This document shows positions 1 to 8,093 of a stretch of DNA of 64,000 bases, piece by piece. Position 1 is the stretch's first letter. Each line of letters begins with the position of its first letter. The stretch is from Terriglobales bacterium (GTDB lineage Bacteria; Acidobacteriota; Terriglobia; Terriglobales; Acidobacteriaceae), in NCBI GenBank assembly GCA_049697355.1, contig JBAVVP010000163.1, positions 1,169 through 65,168 on the forward strand, read 5' to 3'. Position numbers and translations under genes: made by a program. Below the pieces are notes generated by a model. That model did not search any database. It was not told where the DNA came from and saw nothing but the letters and a program-made list of their open reading frames with translations.

Positions 1-897
1 ATGAAATTGCGTGAAATGTACCGGCACATCCACGCCCAGGTTGGACTTGATCCAACGCGCCAAGCCGCGGAATTCGGTATCGCTGTCGTTCATCGCCGGC
101 ACCACCAGGTAGACGATCTCGGTCCACTTGTTCATCTTCCGCAAGGTGACCAGCGAGTCCAATACCGGCTTCAACTCACCCACGACAACATCTTTGTAGT
201 AAGACTCCGTGAAGGCTTTCAGATCGATCTTGACCGCGTCCATCTTTCCGTACGCCGCTTTCAGCGCCTCCTCTTGCATGTAGCCGTTCGACACGACTAC
301 GCTGCGGACTCCGGCCTCGTGCCCGGCATCGGCCGCATCCATCAGATACTCGCTGAAGATCACCGGCTCGCTGTAGGTGTAGGCAATCGTGGGACAGCTA
401 TTCTGTTTGGCCAGCTCGGCAACCAATTTCGGGGGCGCGTACTCGGCGGGAACCTGCTCCGGACGCACCTGGGAGATGTCCCAGTTCTGGCAAAATTTGC
501 AGTTGACGTTGCAGCCCGCCGTGGCCAATGAGAAAGCCAGTGTCCCCGGCAGGTAGTGGAACAGAGGCTTCTTCTCGACGGGATCGATGTGCGCGGCGCA
601 CACTCGCGAGTGCACCAGCGTGTGGTAGGTCCCTCCGCGATTCTCGCGCACGCCACAATAGCCGCGTTCCCGGTCTCCCACCGTGCATTCGCGCGGACAC
701 AGCTTGCACTTGATCTTCTTGTTTTGAAGTTTCTGGTAGAACTTCGCCTCGACGGTGAATCGCGAATCGTCCTGCTTTTGCGGACTCGCCCACGCCTGGG
801 TCGCGACAGGGAACTGGGCAAGCTCGCAGACGCCGAAAGCTGCTCCCGACGCCAGGGCGCACTTCAAGAACGAACGGCGATCGAGTTCACGCGACAT
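1..897 (-). CDS. Radical SAM enzyme, PflA-activase-like / AmmeMemoRadiSam-type, with N-terminal twin-arginine signal; 3' end runs off the left edge of the window
   Basis: Absent from the ORF track (no in-window stop). My reverse-complement translation from ATG (897-895) is open for all 299 codons to nt 1: MSRELDRRSFLKCALASGAAFGVCELAQFPVATQAWASPQKQ...KCKLCPRECTVGDRERGYCGVRENRGG...HIDPVEKKPLFHYLPGT...ATAGCNVNCKFCQNWDIS...VPVHFTQFH. CNVNCKFC is the CX3CX2C radical-SAM cluster motif. The DPVEKKPLFH block is typical of PflA-like/AmmeMemoRadiSam-type enzymes. DRRSFLK plus AWA-S is a Tat signal with an SPase I site. Confidence 0.8.
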   Translation of the reverse strand, partial: MSRELDRRSFLKCALASGAAFGVCELAQFPVATQAWASPQKQDDSRFTVEAKFYQKLQNKKIKCKLCPRECTVGDRERGYCGVRENRGGTYHTLVHSRVCAAHIDPVEKKPLFHYLPGTLAFSLATAGCNVNCKFCQNWDISQVRPEQVPAEYAPPKLVAELAKQNSCPTIAYTYSEPVIFSEYLMDAADAGHEAGVRSVVVSNGYMQEEALKAAYGKMDAVKIDLKAFTESYYKDVVVGELKPVLDSLVTLRKMNKWTEIVYLVVPAMNDSDTEFRGLARWIKSNLGVDVPVHFTQFH

Positions 898-956
898 GTT
901 GCACTCTCAATCACGCACCCTATCAGCCCGTGGTGCACGTCTAATCGCCGGCCCCA

Positions 957-1010
957 GCGCCTGAAGGCGCCTTCATAACGCGGCCCCTGCGGCACGCCTG
1001 AAGGCGTGCC
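957..1010. repeat. Two adjacent stem-loops sharing the 11-mer GCCTGAAGGCG in the DUF362 / radical-SAM intercistronic spacer
   Basis: GCGCC-TGAA-GGCGC at 957-970 and GGCACGCC-TGAA-GGCGTGCC at 991-1010, read directly from the sequence. No U-tract follows on either strand. Confidence 0.5.
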
Positions 1011-1041
1011 CTGATACGAAACGTATCTTCACCACAGGCTG

Positions 1042-2070
1042 CTATACCTCAACAACCGCTATTCTCCGCGGATCGTTTGTGCCCAGCCGATGCTGCGCGT
1101 CGGCGGCGGTCGCGATGTAGTGTGGCGCTCTTTTATCGCCTTCCAGCGTCTTCAATCCTTTTTCGGCCCGCTTGCGCTCGATGATTTGCCAGCCGGTGTA
1201 ATCGAGCGCGACGGGATCCTGCGAAACGATCAGGGCATTGTTCTTCCAACTGTATTCCGGCTTGTATCCGGGCCCACCTTCGAAGCAGGCCGTGGTCGCG
1301 TCGCAGATGGTCAACCGCATCTTGGTTCTGATTTCCGGCAGCATGTTCAAATCTGCGATATACGGATTGCAGCCGTTGGGGTGGTACTTGTTCGGGTTAT
1401 GAATGACTCCGTACATGTTCTTCAAGGCCATGGTTACGCCGGCGTCGTCATGGTCTTTCAGCACCGGGACATTGATCAGGACATGGCAGCGTTGCGTCAG
1501 GATCTTCGACAACCGGCTGCCCACGCTGCCATACATGGCCAGCTCGGGTTCGTAATCGATGCGATCGGTGCCAAAGCACTGCACGCGGTTTCCGCCCGTC
1601 GCTACATGAAATCCAACATGCTCCAGTTCGTCGCTATCGCGGTCCCAGACCACGATATCGTTCGCCTTGATTCCGGCCTCCTGCAACCGCTCGCAGATGG
1701 CTTCGACGAGTTGCAGGTTGCTGGAGAGTCCGCGTCCTCCAAGCGCATTGACTTTCAGTCCCACTGTCTCGCCCGGATGGACCAGCTTCTTCCACGTCTC
1801 GATCGGATTATCGCGGTCGAAGAAAGACTGCATGGCGCGATCCAGAAGGCTCAGAATCCGGCGCGAATCGACCGTGGCGCCGGCGCCGCGCAGCGCAGCG
1901 TCGTGCGCGACCACAACCCTGGACTTCGCGAGCGCCGTTACTTGTTGTTGCGGTTGTTGTTGTTCTGCTGATGCGAGCCGTTCCAGCCTGCCGCTTGCGC
2001 CCAGGACCGCAGCGCCGGTGAGGCACTTCCTAAGAAAATCCCGCCGACTGGTGCTGCGCGTTGCGCTCAT
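1042..2070 (-). CDS. DUF362-family protein with twin-arginine signal
   Basis: ORF track gives 1042..2160. I moved the start to ATG 2070 (GGAGAA upstream), giving MSATRSTSRRDFLRKCLTGAAVLGA with Tat motif SRRDFLR. The body has DUF362-like blocks as I recall them (GETVGLKVNALGG, VLKDHDDAGVTMALKNMYG). Confidence 0.75.
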   Translation of the reverse strand: MSATRSTSRRDFLRKCLTGAAVLGASGRLERLASAEQQQPQQQVTALAKSRVVVAHDAALRGAGATVDSRRILSLLDRAMQSFFDRDNPIETWKKLVHPGETVGLKVNALGGRGLSSNLQLVEAICERLQEAGIKANDIVVWDRDSDELEHVGFHVATGGNRVQCFGTDRIDYEPELAMYGSVGSRLSKILTQRCHVLINVPVLKDHDDAGVTMALKNMYGVIHNPNKYHPNGCNPYIADLNMLPEIRTKMRLTICDATTACFEGGPGYKPEYSWKNNALIVSQDPVALDYTGWQIIERKRAEKGLKTLEGDKRAPHYIATAADAQHRLGTNDPRRIAVVEV

Positions 2071-2172
2071 AAGGGTTCTCCGGTGAACCCAGGGCCAGCT
2101 CCGAAAGTCCTTAAGGTACCTATACCGCAATCCGTCTGACTTTTCAGTGACGAACAGCACTTCTGGCGATCG

Positions 2173-2670
2173 TCAGCGGGCAAGCCTCGGTTCGATGCCG
2201 CGCCCTAGTTGCAGAAGTGCCTGCTGTGTTTCCGGCGATTCCTCAAAGGCAACGATTCGCACCAGGTAAGCTCCCTTGCGGAAGACCAGGCTCTGGCTGG
2301 ACAAGCGCGCGGCGTCTCCCAGTTGAATCGGTTTCGCATCGACAGCCGGCTCCGATTCAAGAATCTTCTCGGCGCCTTCCGCGTTTCCCATGGCATAGAT
2401 GTCTGCTGTCGCTTCGACCTGGTTCTGGAACTTGTAGTCGGCCGTAGATACTCGCTGCACCCCAGCTTTCAAGTATCGTTCCGCCTCGCCGTCAATGTAC
2501 TTCCAGAGGTCGGCGGCCTCGAAGGTCCGTGTATCTCCGGTCTTCGCCCAGCCCGCGACCGGATTGGACGCGGGGAAAAGGGATGGTGCAGTTCCCGCCT
2601 GACGTTTGCATCCGGCGTTCAACAGCAGCGCGACACCGAGCATGATCGACAGCGCTTCGCGGGCCTTCAT
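2173..2670 (-). CDS. Small lipoprotein of unknown function (165 aa)
   Basis: Internal ATG 2670 of track ORF 2173..3099. It overlaps the stop of the upstream gene as ATGA (2667-2670). MKAREALSIMLGVALLLNAGC carries lipobox LNAGC. No catalytic motif recognised. Confidence 0.7.
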   Translation of the reverse strand: MKAREALSIMLGVALLLNAGCKRQAGTAPSLFPASNPVAGWAKTGDTRTFEAADLWKYIDGEAERYLKAGVQRVSTADYKFQNQVEATADIYAMGNAEGAEKILESEPAVDAKPIQLGDAARLSSQSLVFRKGAYLVRIVAFEESPETQQALLQLGRGIEPRLAR

Positions 2671-4325
2671 CTCGGCCTTTCCTTGTCTTTGTTTTTGCCC
2701 CGGTTCAGCAGAATCTGGTTGGTTCGCGATCGGCTCTCGCCTACGCTGGTCACGTAAACTGCCGGGCGATCCTGAACCGGGCAGGCGTACTCGCAAGCCC
2801 CGCAGCCCACGCAGCGATGCGGATCGACAAACGGTTGTTTGACCGGCTGCAGATGGCCCTCCGCATCGGCGACTTCGGCGGGCTGCAAATAGATGGCCTT
2901 GGGCGATGTCGGACACCACTCCTCGCACACAATGCACGGGGTTGCCATCGCCCACGGCAAACATCGTCCGCGATCCAGGAACGCTGTTCCTAGGCTGATG
3001 GGTTTGGCGTCGCTCGTGACCCGCGCCTCCCAGCCCTTTTCTTTCGCCGTGATCTCCCATATTGCGCCGGTCGGACAAACCTGGGAGCACAGCACGCAAC
3101 TGCTCTCACAGTAGCCAATCCGCGGCACCAAAACCGGCGTCCAGAGACCTTCCAGCCCCGCCTCGTTCAACGCGGGATGCAGCGCGTTGTTGGGACAGAC
3201 TTTCATGCACTCGCCACAGCGTATGCAACGCGACAGAAAGTCCCCTTCGTCCAATGCGCCCGGAGGACGCAGCAATCTCTCGTGGCGCTCGACGGCGAAT
3301 CCGGGCGTGCTGCGCAACAGTGGAACTACGGCTGCCCCGGCCGCCAATCCCGTGAGCACTTTGCGCCTCTGCAGGTTCACACCGATGGACTTTTGGGCGG
3401 GGAAGAACTTGAACTGCAGGCCGTGCTCCGGGCACTCATCAACACAGTTCAGGCAGAGATGACACTCCGCTTGACGCCACGGAACTCCGCCGATCGGATC
3501 ATCGCCGCCCTGGCAGCGCAGCAGGCAGCGATTGCAGTCCTCGCAGTGCTCCGGGCTCTTGACCAGTCCCAGAATCGACCAGCGCGAAACGATGCCGAGC
3601 AGCGCGCCCAGTGGGCAGAGTGCCCGGCACCAGAAACGGGTCACTCGAAAATTCAACGCCAAAAGAAAGATGAAGATGATGCCAAGCCAAATACCCTGGC
3701 GAAAGTACGGCTGTTTGAAGTTGAGCAGCCATCCTCCGAGAAGGAAGTTCAGCACGTTGCCTTCCAGCCCATTCCCCCAACGGCTGTGTTCGAGCACGCG
3801 CAGGCCAGCGCTCACGGCATAGTTCACACCGGGCAGGATAGACAGGCCCAGCGAGCGCACCAGCAACGAGAAGGGATCCAGCCATCCGACGACCCCCGTG
3901 CCCAACACAGCGGCGATTAAGGCCGCGACTAAGAGGTAGTACTTCGTCGTCTGCCAGCGCTTGTAGCGGTTCGATTCCAACAGTTGCTTTCCACGTTTGC
4001 GCTCGGATTTCAGGCTGCTGAAGAAGTGGTGAACGGAGCCCAGTGGACAAATCCAGCCGCAGAAGAAGCGCCCGAGCAACATGGTCGGAAGCAGAACGAC
4101 CAGGCTCCACAACAGGCCGCGGTACAGCGCGCGGCTGGAGAGAGCATTCGACAGCATTACCAAGGGATCGAATTGGAAAAACAACTGCACCGGGTAGGGG
4201 AGCCGAATCGCATTTCCGCCGGCGTGCAGCGATCCGCGAAACTCCGTGCGCAGCAGAAGGAACAAGAACAGGGAGAAGAAAATAATCTGCGAGAGCCAGC
4301 GCCACCTTGTCGGCTTAAGTCGCAC
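2667..4325 (-). CDS. Membrane polyferredoxin, NapH/MauN-like N-half fused to NapG/MauM-like C-half
   Basis: 552 aa; GTG start with AAGGAG 6 nt upstream. The multi-TM N-part has two CX3CP motifs (FFCGWICPLG, FWCRALCPLG) and two ferredoxin motifs (CEDCNRCLLRC, CHLCLNCVDECP). Then comes RRKVLTGLAAGAAVVPLL (Tat-like or anchor segment), followed by CIRCGECMKVCP, CVLCSQVCP, CIVCEEWCP and CVGCGACEYACP. Confidence 0.85.
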   Translation of the reverse strand: MRLKPTRWRWLSQIIFFSLFLFLLLRTEFRGSLHAGGNAIRLPYPVQLFFQFDPLVMLSNALSSRALYRGLLWSLVVLLPTMLLGRFFCGWICPLGSVHHFFSSLKSERKRGKQLLESNRYKRWQTTKYYLLVAALIAAVLGTGVVGWLDPFSLLVRSLGLSILPGVNYAVSAGLRVLEHSRWGNGLEGNVLNFLLGGWLLNFKQPYFRQGIWLGIIFIFLLALNFRVTRFWCRALCPLGALLGIVSRWSILGLVKSPEHCEDCNRCLLRCQGGDDPIGGVPWRQAECHLCLNCVDECPEHGLQFKFFPAQKSIGVNLQRRKVLTGLAAGAAVVPLLRSTPGFAVERHERLLRPPGALDEGDFLSRCIRCGECMKVCPNNALHPALNEAGLEGLWTPVLVPRIGYCESSCVLCSQVCPTGAIWEITAKEKGWEARVTSDAKPISLGTAFLDRGRCLPWAMATPCIVCEEWCPTSPKAIYLQPAEVADAEGHLQPVKQPFVDPHRCVGCGACEYACPVQDRPAVYVTSVGESRSRTNQILLNRGKNKDKERPR

Positions 4326-4709
4326 CCCGTACTCCTTGCCTCTCCACGCAGTGGATCGGCGCGGCGCACACCAAACCCTCGGTGCGTTCTGAGCGCCTGG
4401 CGCTGCCCACCCAATGTTCTGCCAAGCGCCTTCCGCTTTCTGTGACCAAGATCACTTGTTATGGCCCGCTGGGGCCGAGCGCAATCTGTGCGCTTCCCAC
4501 GTGATGGCATCAACAACAGTCAGAGTAGAAGGGGGAGGGCCTGGATCGCTGCGTCACAGCCATGATTGACGGGGGTCACTGCGCGCCGACCTGGACAGGA
4601 GTAGGGTCAAACTGGATTTGTTTACTCCGTTGCGGCCGTTTCCAAGTAAGCAGCTGGCTTGGTGGTGAACCAGAAAGTTGCCGGACGGACACCAGGAGGG
4701 GACAAGCCC

Positions 4710-6398
4710 ATGAGTGTTCGGCCCTCATACGAGCAACTCAACACGAATTTCGACTGGGCGAATGCTGAGCGCGAACTAGGCTATCGGCCGCGCGATTCGA
4801 TCAACATCGGTTGGATGTGCAGCGACCGCCTGTGCCAGCTGGGGATGGCCGAGAAGCTGGCGCTGCTCTGGGAAGACTATCAGGGCAACCAGAAGCGCTT
4901 CACCTACAACGATCTTCGTGTCTACTCCAACACCATCGCCCATTTCCTGGCCGGCCTGGGAATTCTCCCCGGCGAGCGGGTATGCCTCTTTTTAGACCGG
5001 GTACCCGAGTTGTACATCGGATTTCTGGGCATTCTGAAGATGGGCGCGGTGGCCCAGCCGCTGTTTTCGGCTTTCGGAGACGAATCTCTGTGTGTCCGGC
5101 TCAAAGACGCCGGGACGGCAGCGATCATTACCCAGAAGAAACATCTCCTTAAGGTCCGCAAGATCCGGGAGCAACTCCCGAACTTGCGGCACTTCATCGT
5201 GGTGGATGCGCCCCAGGCGTCTCTCCAGGAACGCGAGACTGCCTTCGCGATGGAACAATCGCCGCCCGTCGAGCACTTCCCAATCTACCCGACCAAGGCC
5301 GAATCTCCATCGGTTCTGCACTACACCTCTGGCACCACGGGCCAGCCTAAGGGTGCGCAGCACGTTCACTACTCGATCGTTTCGCAGTATCTCACCGCGA
5401 AATGGGTCCTCGATTTTCAGCCGGACGACATTTACTGGTGCAACGCCGACCCGGGTTGGGTCACCGGTACGTCCTACGGCATCATCGGTCCCTGGGCGAA
5501 CGGAATTACACAAGCGGTTCTGGACTCCGGTTTCAACGCGGAGAAATGGTACGAGTTCATCGAGAAGTACCACGTTACCGTCTGGTATTCGGCGCCGACT
5601 GCGATCCGCCTGCTCATGAAGGAGGGAGCGGAAATCATCCGCAAGCATGATCTCTCCAGCTTGCGGCATCTAGCCAGTGTGGGCGAGCCGCTCAACCCCG
5701 AGGCCGTGATCTGGTCGAGAGAAGTCTTCGGGAAACCGTTCCACGACACGTTCTGGCAGACCGAAACCGGCTGCATCGTAATTGCGAACTTTCCCGGGAT
5801 GCAAATCAAACCCGGCTCGATGGGCAAGCCGTTTCCGGGAATCACCGCAACCGTGCTGGATCCAAGAACCTACGAACCGGCCAACGCAGGTCTGATTGCG
5901 CTGCGCCCGGGCTGGCCGTCGCAGATTCGCGGTTATTGGAACAATCCCGCCGGATACCACGCCAAATTCAGGAATGGATGGTACCTCTGTGGCGACCGTG
6001 CCTCCATCGACACGGACGGCTATTTCTGGTTCATGGGACGCGATGACGACGTCATCAATACCGGCGGGCACCTGGTCGGCCCCTTCGAAGTCGAATCGGC
6101 CCTGCTGGGATGTCCGGCTGTCGCTGAGTCTGCCGCCGTTGCTAAACCTGACCCTGTCAACATGGAAGTTGTGAAAGCGTACGTGACTGTAAAGCAAGGT
6201 TTTCAACCATCCGACGACCTTGAACTGGAAATCATGAACCATATTCGCAAGCGGTTGTCGCCGCTGGCCATGCCCCAGGAAATCGAGTTCGTCGACTCGT
6301 TGCCTAAGACGCGCAGCGGCAAAATCGTGCGCCGCATCCTACGCTGCAAGGAGTTCCATGAGCCCGTGGGCGATCTTTCCACCATCATGGACGACTAA
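4710..6398 (+). CDS. AMP-forming adenylating ligase, AcsA-like (acyl-CoA or acyl-ACP synthetase)
   Basis: Track ORF 4659..6398; ATG 4710 is preceded by GGAGGGG. Adenylate-forming motifs are present: YTSGTTGQPKG, GEPLNPE, WQTETG, GDRASIDTDGYFWFMGRDDDVINTGGHLVGPFEVESAL, PKTRSGKIVRR. It is collinear with Bacillus-type AcsA as I recall it. Confidence 0.85.
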   Translation: MSVRPSYEQLNTNFDWANAERELGYRPRDSINIGWMCSDRLCQLGMAEKLALLWEDYQGNQKRFTYNDLRVYSNTIAHFLAGLGILPGERVCLFLDRVPELYIGFLGILKMGAVAQPLFSAFGDESLCVRLKDAGTAAIITQKKHLLKVRKIREQLPNLRHFIVVDAPQASLQERETAFAMEQSPPVEHFPIYPTKAESPSVLHYTSGTTGQPKGAQHVHYSIVSQYLTAKWVLDFQPDDIYWCNADPGWVTGTSYGIIGPWANGITQAVLDSGFNAEKWYEFIEKYHVTVWYSAPTAIRLLMKEGAEIIRKHDLSSLRHLASVGEPLNPEAVIWSREVFGKPFHDTFWQTETGCIVIANFPGMQIKPGSMGKPFPGITATVLDPRTYEPANAGLIALRPGWPSQIRGYWNNPAGYHAKFRNGWYLCGDRASIDTDGYFWFMGRDDDVINTGGHLVGPFEVESALLGCPAVAESAAVAKPDPVNMEVVKAYVTVKQGFQPSDDLELEIMNHIRKRLSPLAMPQEIEFVDSLPKTRSGKIVRRILRCKEFHEPVGDLSTIMDD

Positions 6399-6411
6399 GC
6401 CGAGGCCCGTT

Positions 6412-6678
6412 ATGGACGAAATCACGCAAGTAGTTCGCAATTACATAATGCGGGAATACCTGGAAGAAGGTGACGACCGAACCATTACCGAGACAACTCC
6501 ACTGATTTCTGGTGGCATTGTGGATTCGTTTTCCATGGTATCTCTGCTTCGTTTTCTGGAGAAGAAGTACTCGATTGACATTCCCGACGAATGCGCCACC
6601 CCCGAAGCTTTCGATACCGTCGAGCGTATCGCCGGACTGGTGCGACGTTTCCAGAAGGCTGAAGTCATCAAGGGCTAG
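6412..6678 (+). CDS. Stand-alone acyl carrier protein-like protein (88 aa)
   Basis: Track ORF 6358..6678, ATG at 6412: MDEITQVVRNYIMREYL...ISGGIVDSFSMVSLLRFLE. Small and acidic, with a DS(F) serine in the usual phosphopantetheine-attachment context. Confidence 0.75.
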   Translation: MDEITQVVRNYIMREYLEEGDDRTITETTPLISGGIVDSFSMVSLLRFLEKKYSIDIPDECATPEAFDTVERIAGLVRRFQKAEVIKG

Positions 6679-6749
6679 GGTGTGCCCGCCGCCGGACCCG
6701 GTTTGGCTTGGGCACCTACTGAAGAAAATCCTATTACGCGAGGCGCGTC

Positions 6750-7997
6750 ATGGCGTTTGCCGATGCAGTTCGCCACCGCTATCAGACCGATGTCGAGGGA
6801 ATCAAAAACGCAGGCCTGTTCAAAGAGGAAAGGTATATCCACTCGCCGCAGTCCTCGGAAATTGAGGTGGAGTTCCCGGTTGGCTCGGCAATCAGGAAGT
6901 GCATCAATGTTTGCGCGAACAACTACCTCGGACTCTCCAGCCATCCCGAGGTCATCGCCGCGGCGCACGCAGGCTTGGACGCACGGGGCTACGGCATGTC
7001 CTCAGTGCGTTTTATCTGTGGTACGCAGGATATCCACCGCGAGTTAGAGAATCGCCTGACCGCGTTCCTCGGTACCGAGGATACCTTGCTGTTCCCCTCC
7101 TGCATGGACGCAAATGCCGGCTTCTTCGAGGCCTGCCTGAATGAGCAGGATGTCATGATCGCCGATCGGCTCGTTCACGCCTCCATCGTGGATGGAATGC
7201 GTCTGTGCAAGGCGATGCAAGACACCTACAAGCACTCCGATATGGGGCATCTTGCGGAGAAGCTGCAAGAACACCAGGACAAGCGGTCGCGCATAGTGAT
7301 TACGGACGGCGTGTTCTCGATGGATGGCGATACCGCCAAGCTGGCTGACATCGTCGACCTGGCCGAGAAATACAACGCCATGGTGTTCGTGGATGACTCG
7401 CACGCCACCGGCTTCATGGGCAAAACCGGACGTGGGACGCACGAGCACTGCGGCGTGTTCGGCAAGATCGATGTCATCACCACGACGCTGGGAAAGGCGT
7501 TGGGCGGTGCTTCCGGAGGCTGCGTCAGCGGCCGTCGCGAACTGGTGGACATGTGCCGGCAGCGAGCGCGTCCTTACCTGTTTTCCAATGCCGTGGCGCC
7601 GGTGATCGTGGCGGGTGCGCTCAAGGTACTGGACCTAATCAGCGCCTCCACCGATCGTCGCGACAAACTGGAATGGAACGCGAGGTATTGGCGCGGCTTG
7701 CTCAAAGACGCTGGTTTCGATCTGAAGGAAGGGGATACCCCGATTGTGCCGGTCATGCTCTACGACGCCAAACTGGCGCAAGACTTTGCCCGCGATCTCT
7801 TTGACGAGGGCGTGTACGCCGTTGGGTTCTTCTTTCCGGTCGTGCCGAAAGGGCAAGCCCGGATTCGCACGCAACTGTCGGCGGCTCACGATAAACACCA
7901 TCTGGACGCCGCCATCGAGGGTTTCAAAAGAGTAGGGAAAAAACACGGCATTCTAGGTTTGGGAAAAAAGGAACTCATGGCGAGAGCCGTTGCGTAA
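6750..7997 (+). CDS. PLP-dependent alpha-oxoamine synthase, glycine C-acetyltransferase (Kbl)-like
   Basis: 415 aa; collinear with E. coli Kbl as I recall it (GLFKEER, NNYLGL, VRFICGTQD, DGVFSMDGD, VDDSHATGF, TLGKALGG with PLP lysine, RPYLFSN, PKGQARIRTQLSAAH). Confidence 0.9.
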   Translation: MAFADAVRHRYQTDVEGIKNAGLFKEERYIHSPQSSEIEVEFPVGSAIRKCINVCANNYLGLSSHPEVIAAAHAGLDARGYGMSSVRFICGTQDIHRELENRLTAFLGTEDTLLFPSCMDANAGFFEACLNEQDVMIADRLVHASIVDGMRLCKAMQDTYKHSDMGHLAEKLQEHQDKRSRIVITDGVFSMDGDTAKLADIVDLAEKYNAMVFVDDSHATGFMGKTGRGTHEHCGVFGKIDVITTTLGKALGGASGGCVSGRRELVDMCRQRARPYLFSNAVAPVIVAGALKVLDLISASTDRRDKLEWNARYWRGLLKDAGFDLKEGDTPIVPVMLYDAKLAQDFARDLFDEGVYAVGFFFPVVPKGQARIRTQLSAAHDKHHLDAAIEGFKRVGKKHGILGLGKKELMARAVA

Positions 7998-8093
7998 TCG
8001 GCGGATCATCTATTGATGAGAGCAGCCGAGTGCCGGTGCCGAGTTCATTGGGCAGTCAGCTCCGTGACGATTTGAGGAGGAAACGGAGGTCGT

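Noticed and set aside
1-978. Plus-strand ORFs 1..531 and 556..978, and minus-strand ORFs 360..821 and 398..862
   Set aside because: All of them overlap the radical SAM frame that I translated manually. That frame has the CX3CX2C motif and a Tat signal, while these ORFs have none.
2671-3099. N-terminal 143 codons of track ORF 2173..3099
   Set aside because: This part overlaps the 3' end of the polyferredoxin gene in another frame and is Arg/Gly-rich. The ATGA-coupled start at 2670 gives a clean lipoprotein signal.
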